Source: Bacillota bacterium (GTDB lineage Bacteria > Bacillota > Clostridia > TANB77 > CAG-508). Taken from it: DNA of 64,000 bases. How positions within the stretch are numbered: the first letter of the stretch is position 1; each line of letters starts with the position of its first letter. The stretch spans positions 2,890 to 66,889 of the forward strand of contig CAWVJB010000020.1 of the NCBI GenBank assembly GCA_963929525.1. The letters are read 5' to 3'. The translations under genes and the position numbers were made by a program. The notes beneath the pieces are model-generated. The model saw only the letters and a list, made by a program, of their open reading frames with translations, did no database searches and was not told the origin of the DNA. Positions 58,161 to 64,000 of the stretch are shown here, in pieces.

Positions 58161-59984
58161 ATGCCGGGACCAATGAGAGGACCTAGAGGAGGTCAAACAA
58201 CAGAAAGAGCAAAAGATTTTAAGAAAACAACAAAAAAATTAATAAAATCCTATTTAGCAAAATACAAAATTCCTATTATCATTGTTATGATATTTGCCAT
58301 TGGTAGTACGATATTTACCATTGTAGGACCAAAAATATTAGGAAATGCAACCACAGAAATCTTTAATGGATTGGTTAGTAAATTAAGTGGTGGAACAGGT
58401 ATTGATTTTGGAAAAGTTGGTCAAATTGCTTTAACATTATTAGGATTATATGTTATCAGTGCATTGTTTTCTTTTGTACAAAGATTTTTAATGACAAATG
58501 TAGCACAAAAAATCACTTATAAAATTAGAAATGATATAGCCATCAAAATTAATAAATTGCCAATGAAATATTTTGATAAAAAGACACATGGAGAAGTGTT
58601 ATCTATTATCACAAATGATATTGATACATTGGGAATGAACCTAAATCAAAGCATTACAGAAATTATTACATCTATATGTACCATTATTGGTATATTGATT
58701 ATGATGTTTTCTATCAGCTGGCAAATGACATTAATTTCATTAGTTATCTTGCCAATAGCAGGAATATTAGTAACCTTTATTGTCAAAAAATCACAAAAAT
58801 ATTTTACAAGACAACAAGACTACTTAGGACATGTCAATGGTCAAGTAGAAGAAATCTATGGTGGATTAAATATTGTAAAAGTATTTAATGCAGAAGAAAA
58901 AGTCACAAAAGATTTTGAAAAAGCGAATGAAGAATTATATCATTCTGGTTGGAAATCACAATTCTTATCAGGTTTAATGCATCCAGTTATGAACTTTATA
59001 TCAAATGTAGGATATGTGGCAGTAGCTGTAGCTGGTGGATATCTAGCAATTAATGGAACGATTACCGTTGGTAATATTCAAAGTTTTATACAATATAATA
59101 GACAATTTACTCAGCCAATCAATCAATTGGCACAAATTTCTAACATGTTACAAGCCATGATGGCAGCAGCAGAAAGAATTTTTGAATTCTTAGAAGAACC
59201 AGAAGAAGTTGTAACAGCAAAAGGAAATATAGATACTTCTAAATTAAAAGGAAATGTAGAATTTAAACATGTTAAATTTGGATATGCCCCAGAAAGAACC
59301 ATTATCAATGATTTTAATGCAAGTGTCCATGAAGGACAAAAAATAGCCATTGTTGGACCAACAGGAGCTGGAAAAACCACCATGGTAAAACTATTAATGA
59401 GATTTTATGATGTCACAGATGGAGAAATTGATGTGGACGGTCATAATGTAAAAGACTTTGATAGAGGCGAACTTCGTAAAATGTTTGGTATGGTATTGCA
59501 AGATACATGGTTATTTGGTGGAACAGTAGAAGAAAATATCAAATATAGTAAAGAAGACGCCACAGATACAGAAGTGGTAGAAGCAGCAAAAGCAGCACAT
59601 GTACATCATTTTATCAAAACATTACCAAATGGATATCATTCATTAATCAATGAAGAATCAACCAATATATCAGCAGGTCAAAAGCAATTACTTACCATTG
59701 CCAGAGTCATATTAGCAGACCCTAAAATCTTAATATTAGATGAAGCAACAAGTTCAATTGACACAAGAACAGAAATACAAATACAGGCAGCTATGGATAA
59801 TCTAATGAAGGGAAGAACAAGCTTTATCATTGCTCATAGATTATCAACCATAAAAAATGCAGATTTAATATTAGTTATGAATCATGGAGACATTGTAGAA
59901 CAAGGTACTCATGAAGAGCTACTTGCAAAAAATGGATTTTATGCTGATTTATATAATTCTCAATTTGAAGAAGTGGAAGAATAA
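58161..59984 (+). CDS. ABC exporter permease/ATPase subunit (heterodimer partner)
   Basis: Six TM helices and an NBD (GPTGAGKTT, ISAGQKQLLTIAR, LILDEATS). Start is 1 nt after the upstream stop. Confidence 0.9.
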   Translation: MPGPMRGPRGGQTTERAKDFKKTTKKLIKSYLAKYKIPIIIVMIFAIGSTIFTIVGPKILGNATTEIFNGLVSKLSGGTGIDFGKVGQIALTLLGLYVISALFSFVQRFLMTNVAQKITYKIRNDIAIKINKLPMKYFDKKTHGEVLSIITNDIDTLGMNLNQSITEIITSICTIIGILIMMFSISWQMTLISLVILPIAGILVTFIVKKSQKYFTRQQDYLGHVNGQVEEIYGGLNIVKVFNAEEKVTKDFEKANEELYHSGWKSQFLSGLMHPVMNFISNVGYVAVAVAGGYLAINGTITVGNIQSFIQYNRQFTQPINQLAQISNMLQAMMAAAERIFEFLEEPEEVVTAKGNIDTSKLKGNVEFKHVKFGYAPERTIINDFNASVHEGQKIAIVGPTGAGKTTMVKLLMRFYDVTDGEIDVDGHNVKDFDRGELRKMFGMVLQDTWLFGGTVEENIKYSKEDATDTEVVEAAKAAHVHHFIKTLPNGYHSLINEESTNISAGQKQLLTIARVILADPKILILDEATSSIDTRTEIQIQAAMDNLMKGRTSFIIAHRLSTIKNADLILVMNHGDIVEQGTHEELLAKNGFYADLYNSQFEEVEE

Positions 59985-60021
59985 TGTCCTTTTGGGGACG
60001 TTTTTGTTTGGGACATTTTTT
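59983..60021 (+). repeat. Family C hairpin, copy 5
   Basis: aatgtccttttggggacgtttttgtttgggacatttttt, sharing AA with the TAA stop. Confidence 0.85.
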
Positions 60022-60054
60022 ATGGTATAGAAAAAGCACTTTTCCTATACCATA
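60021..60054. repeat. Family G minimal palindrome, second copy
   Basis: tatggtatagaaaaagcacttttcctataccata. Confidence 0.75.
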
Positions 60055-60061
60055 AAAAAAC

Positions 60062-60187
60062 AACGTTGCACAGAAAAATTGCTATGCAATTTTTCGCGTC
60101 GACAAATCTTTATGCTTCTTCGAGAACTTAAATATATATAGTTAAGTTAGAAAAGTAGAGAAAAGTTCTCGCGAAGCGAGATTTGTC
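60062..60187 (+). repeat. Family H element, copy 2
   Basis: Differs from 35628-35750 at only three positions (tac/tat, atattt/atcttt, a TA indel). Confidence 0.85.
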
Positions 60188-60399
60188 TGGTATTGCATTT
60201 AGAAATGTTTTCTTTTGAAAATTTTGAAGATGAATAAAAGATAACAAAAATATTAAGATAATATAAAAAATAAATGAATAAAAGGCATCGTTTTGAACTA
60301 TACCCCAAAAAGTAGAGTTCAAAACGATGCCTTTTAAAAGTGTGACAAGTATGTCGTTTAGCTAATTTAAATATGTCATATTCGCCATATTTAGAAAAG

Positions 60400-61077
60400 C
60401 TAATCTCTTCTCTTTCCAAAAATAGAAAGAATCCTTAAGAAAATGTTGATAAAATCAAGATATAATTGCATAGCACAATAAATATATATTTTTTCTTGGT
60501 CAATATTAGGTTCTAATTGTAAAGCTTTTATTTTATTAATATCATAAACAGTAACTCCAAAGAATACTGATAAAATTACCCAATCTAGTATTAAGTCAAA
60601 CATAGAACTTTTAAAAATAAATAAGTTTACTAAGCTCAGAATTAAACCAATAATCAAAAATACATTTAGATAAGTTCCCCAACTGCTTAAGTCTTTATTT
60701 GTTTTATATCCGATCAAACTTAAAATACCAAAAATCAAAGCAGAAGCAATAAATAAAGTAATGATTGAGTTTAATTCAAAAACAGCAAAAATAACAGACA
60801 GTGTGACTCCATTTAGTGCAGCATATACAAAATACAGAATGCCAACAATAACTGGTGGTAATTTTCTAAATAGAAGGCTAAATAGCAAAACAGCAATAAC
60901 TTCTATAATAAGTAATCCTGTAAAAGAACCTTCTAATGCGATTGTATAAAATAATCCAGAAGAATAGGTATACCAAGCGATAAATGCTGAACCCAATAGA
61001 CCTAAGAACATCCAGAAAAATGTTTTTCCAAAAAGTTTATTCTCAGTAGACATATTTTGTACTTCGTTTTCTTCCAT
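60400..61077 (-). CDS. Bax inhibitor-1/YccA family membrane protein
   Basis: Seven TM helices, FFWMFLGLL..., typical BI-1 length. ATG 61077 follows AAAGGGG. Confidence 0.8.
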   Translation of the reverse strand: MEENEVQNMSTENKLFGKTFFWMFLGLLGSAFIAWYTYSSGLFYTIALEGSFTGLLIIEVIAVLLFSLLFRKLPPVIVGILYFVYAALNGVTLSVIFAVFELNSIITLFIASALIFGILSLIGYKTNKDLSSWGTYLNVFLIIGLILSLVNLFIFKSSMFDLILDWVILSVFFGVTVYDINKIKALQLEPNIDQEKIYIYCAMQLYLDFINIFLRILSIFGKRRD

Positions 61078-61188
61078 ATCAAAACCCCTTTCCATATTAT
61101 ATAAATTTAGTATACAAATAAAATAGAAAATATGCAATATATAAAAGTAAATTGTTAAAATATGACTAAATTTATTGTTAACCGTATT

Positions 61189-61297
61189 GTTCTTGTATAG
61201 GAAACAATATGAAACTTTAAGTTACGCAACTCAAAGTGAAAATAAATTTCTCACATTTTATTTTCAAAAGAAAAATCGAGTTTCCCTATACAAGAAC
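61189..61297. repeat. Family G element (R4 core flanked by gttcttgtatagg / cctatacaagaac)
   Basis: 13-bp terminal inverted repeat encloses an R4 copy (61196-61276). Confidence 0.8.
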
Positions 61298-61322
61298 GTC
61301 GCTTTGCTCTAACCATTTCACA

Positions 61323-61417
61323 CAAATTTTACTAACATAAAATTTGACGCCGAACAATAATGCGCGCTTTAAAATCTTAGGAATAGAGAAAATATAAAAA
61401 AAGCCTGCTATTGTTCT
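61323..61417 (+). repeat. Family F element, copy 3
   Basis: caaattttactaacataaaatttgacgccgaacaataatgcgcgc...aaagcctgctattgttct. Confidence 0.8.
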
Positions 61418-61481
61418 AAATATATTTATGAAAACGGTTATACATTTATTGAAATTTTATTTAACATATGGCATAATAAAA

Positions 61482-61551
61482 ATGTCCCACAGAGAAACGA
61501 ATGCAATGGGACATAAAAAATGTCGCACAAACAAACGAACCCAATGCGACA
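61482..61551 (-). repeat. Two tandem degenerate family C hairpins
   Basis: atgtccca-N17-tgggacat and tgtcgca-N17-tgcgaca. Both loops keep (a)aacga. Confidence 0.7.
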
Positions 61552-61566
61552 AAAAAGGAGTTAGGG

Positions 61567-62262
61567 ATGAAACAAAAAATAAAGCAAGAACTAAAACAAT
61601 TAGCAGATGAAAAATATAGAAAATTCCATACAGGTTTATGCCCTGGTACAGAAAACATACTAGGAATAAGAGTGCCAGTTCTTAGAGATTATGCTAAAAA
61701 GTTATCCAAAGAATATGAAATTCGAGACTTATTAAACGATATAGATAACGAGTATTATGAAGAAATTATGTTACAAGGTATGCTAATAGGGTTAGAAAAA
61801 CAAACAGATGAAGAGATACAAAATATATTACAAGATATAGAGAGATTTGTACCTAAAATTGATAACTGGGCAGTTTGTGATGTGTTTTGTGCAGGACTAA
61901 AAATAACAAAAAAACATGTAAAAGAAATGTGGAAGTTTTTACAAAAATATGTAAGATCAGATAAAGAATTTGAAATTCGATTTGGTGTGGTGATGATACT
62001 AGATTATTATATTACAGAAGAATATGTAGAGAAAAATTTTGCCATATTTGATTATATACAAAGTGATAAATATTATGTACAGATGGCAGTAGCATGGGCA
62101 ATTTCTATTTGCTTGATTAAATTTTATGATAAAACAATAGATTATCTAAAACAAGCTAACATAGATAAATTTACATATAATAAAGCATTGCAAAAAGCAA
62201 TAGAATCTTATCGAATATCAAATGAACAAAAAGCAGAATTAAGAAAAATGAAAAAAATGTAA
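61567..62262 (+). CDS. DNA alkylation repair protein (AlkD-like HEAT repeats)
   Basis: LADEKYRKFHTGLCPGTENILGIRVPVLRDYAKKL...WAVCDVFC...; ATG 61567 follows AGGAG. Confidence 0.8.
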   Translation: MKQKIKQELKQLADEKYRKFHTGLCPGTENILGIRVPVLRDYAKKLSKEYEIRDLLNDIDNEYYEEIMLQGMLIGLEKQTDEEIQNILQDIERFVPKIDNWAVCDVFCAGLKITKKHVKEMWKFLQKYVRSDKEFEIRFGVVMILDYYITEEYVEKNFAIFDYIQSDKYYVQMAVAWAISICLIKFYDKTIDYLKQANIDKFTYNKALQKAIESYRISNEQKAELRKMKKM

Positions 62263-62384
62263 AATTATATTTGCTTAAAAGTATTTTTATGTTATAGTAA
62301 TAAGGAAAGTTGCATAACCAAATGAAAAAATTCTATGCACAGAGATATAAAAGAAATATAAAAAGAAGTACAAAGGAGAGAAGA

Positions 62385-64000
62385 ATGGGAAGAGGAAAAA
62401 GAGAATTAGGAAAAGAACCAAAAAGAATGTCATATGGAGAGGTAGATAAAAAGAAAAAAATCATTATTAGAACAGGAATTATTATAGTAGCTATTATTGT
62501 ATTATTTATAATTGCCATGATAGCGAATAACTATATCATTTTAGACAATAATACAACAATCAATTTAATTATTAACAATAGAAATGTAACATCCGATTTA
62601 CGAAATGATATCATACAAGAAGATGGTGTTATTTATTTATCAGAAGATGATATTGCCAATTTTTTTGATAAACATATTTATTTGGAAGAAGAAAATCATA
62701 GAATAATTACAACATATCATACAAAAATAGCAGAAGTTAGTTTAGACGAAAATGTGATAAATGTAAATGGTGAAGACAAAAGAACATATGCACATGCAAT
62801 GGAGCGAGATGGTGTGATTTATATACCAATTTCAGAAATGACAGAAGTATATGATATAGAGATTGGAAATATAGAAGAGACCAAAGTGCTTACAATAGAC
62901 TCATTAGACAGAGAGCAAAAGAAAGCAACCATTACATCTAGTGTAGCAGTAAAATCTTCAAAGAATTTTATAGCAAAAACAGTAGATAGAATAGCAAAGG
63001 GAGATTCTGTTATTGTGATATCTTCTGATGGAGGTTATTCTAGAATTAGAACAAAAAATGGAAAACTTGGTTATGTAAAAACCAATAAACTAGAAAATGA
63101 ATCTGTTGTTAGAGAAGCGATTCCAGAAGAAAAGCAAATTGAAGGAAAAATCAATATGACATGGGATTACTATTCAGAAGTTGCCAGTGCACCTAATAGA
63201 ACAGTAACAACCATAGAAGGTGTCAATGTGGTATCGCCATCCTTTTTCTATATAGATGAAAATGGGGATTTTAAAGAAAATATAGGAGAAAGTGGAGAAA
63301 CATATGTAGATTGGGCACATGGTAATGGCTATAAAGTATGGCCAATGGTATCTAATGCACCAGCAGCTCATGAAAGTTTAGAAATCACATCAGAAATTAT
63401 GAATAGCTATAAAAATAGAAAAATATTAATAGAAGAAATTGTTGATGCATGTGTTAAATACGATTTAGACGGTATTAATATAGATTTTGAAAATATGAAA
63501 CAAGAAGATATTGATTTATATTCAAGATTTATTATAGAATTAACACCAAGATTAAATGATTTGAAAAAAGTAGTATCTGTTGATGTAACTGCACCAGATG
63601 GTGGTGAAACATGGTCAATGTGTTTTGATAGAAATGTCATTGGAGATGTAGCAGACTATATCGTATTTATGGCATATGATCAAAATGGTGTTTCTAGTAC
63701 AACTGCTGGAACAAATGCAGGATATAATTGGATAAAATTAAACTTAGTAAAATTCTTGCAAACAGAAGAAATCGATTCAGATAAATTAATATTGGGAATT
63801 CCATTCTATACAAGAATTTGGACAGAAGATGCCAGTGGGGAAGTTGTAAGAAGTTCGACAGTGAATATGGAAGATATTGAAGATGTTTTACCAGATGATG
63901 TTCAGAAAACTTGGGATGACGATTTAAAGCAATATTATGTAGAATATCAAGATGGGGAATACACAAGAAAAATGTGGATAGAAGATGTAGAATCATTAAA
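62385..64000 (+). CDS. GH18 glycoside hydrolase (YaaH/YdhD-like spore peptidoglycan hydrolase), 3' end outside window; not in the ORF track
   Basis: ATG 62385 follows AAGGAG. TM anchor, SH3b-like segment (GDSVIVISSDGGYSRIRTKNGKLGYV) and GH18 catalytic motif LDGINIDFENM. The frame is open to the window end. Confidence 0.75.
   Translation, partial: MGRGKRELGKEPKRMSYGEVDKKKKIIIRTGIIIVAIIVLFIIAMIANNYIILDNNTTINLIINNRNVTSDLRNDIIQEDGVIYLSEDDIANFFDKHIYLEEENHRIITTYHTKIAEVSLDENVINVNGEDKRTYAHAMERDGVIYIPISEMTEVYDIEIGNIEETKVLTIDSLDREQKKATITSSVAVKSSKNFIAKTVDRIAKGDSVIVISSDGGYSRIRTKNGKLGYVKTNKLENESVVREAIPEEKQIEGKINMTWDYYSEVASAPNRTVTTIEGVNVVSPSFFYIDENGDFKENIGESGETYVDWAHGNGYKVWPMVSNAPAAHESLEITSEIMNSYKNRKILIEEIVDACVKYDLDGINIDFENMKQEDIDLYSRFIIELTPRLNDLKKVVSVDVTAPDGGETWSMCFDRNVIGDVADYIVFMAYDQNGVSSTTAGTNAGYNWIKLNLVKFLQTEEIDSDKLILGIPFYTRIWTEDASGEVVRSSTVNMEDIEDVLPDDVQKTWDDDLKQYYVEYQDGEYTRKMWIEDVESL

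Noticed and set aside
11866-61551. Possibility that the recurring GGGGACG hairpins are a CRISPR array
   Set aside because: The copies are scattered over 50 kb, in both orientations and in separate intergenic spacers. There is no regular repeat-spacer periodicity and there are no cas genes.
61428-61658. ORFs 61428..61610 (+) and 61461..61658 (-)
   Set aside because: They cover the degenerate family C hairpins and the 5' end of the AlkD-like gene. The better-supported start at 61567, which has an RBS, makes them spurious.
1-64000. An autonomous mobile element, prophage or defence island as the source of the repeats
   Set aside because: No transposase, integrase, recombinase, reverse transcriptase, phage structural gene or recognisable defence-system gene is present in any frame. 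The AAA/DUF4143 ATPase and the DUF1016 remnant stand alone without partner genes.

Overview
Chromosomal segment from a low-GC (about 30% by eye), spore-forming, Clostridia-like Firmicute. The coding content is mostly housekeeping: birA, lysS, tsaD, efp, a T-box leader plus glyQS, polC, rsmE, yicC-remA-rpoZ-gmk, uvrA and lexA. Also present are sporulation genes (sspH, gpr, a ytxC-like gene, a GH18 cortex-hydrolase-like gene), starch/glycogen genes (GH13 amylase, DUF4912 + GH57), ABC-F and ABC exporter genes, and tRNA-Gln and tRNA-Trp. I found no rRNA, CRISPR array, transposase, integrase or phage genes. Four things stand out. (1) Almost every intergenic spacer between transcription units holds short hairpins or 100-350 bp modular palindromes. 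They fall into at least eight recurring families and total about 4.4 kb, roughly 7% of the window, by hand tally. Four families carry the heptamer GGGGACG. Three display it in hairpin loops on unrelated stems. I count 15 exact copies against roughly 0.5 expected. Several elements abut or contain the stop codons, and even the last codons, of flanking genes. Their arms co-vary between copies. (2) A candidate type I toxin-antitoxin module lies between an AAA ATPase gene and polC. (3) A cluster encodes paralogous secreted proteins with TasA-like signal regions and pilin-like proteins that lack Glu5. (4) The pseudogene load is high: frameshifts in uvrA, DUF1016 and DUF1905, an in-frame TAG in one gene, an ldhA remnant, and a run of four truncated genes at the left edge. 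polC carries a tandem duplication of its OB-fold domain. All calls come from reading the sequence and the ORF track; no database search was possible.
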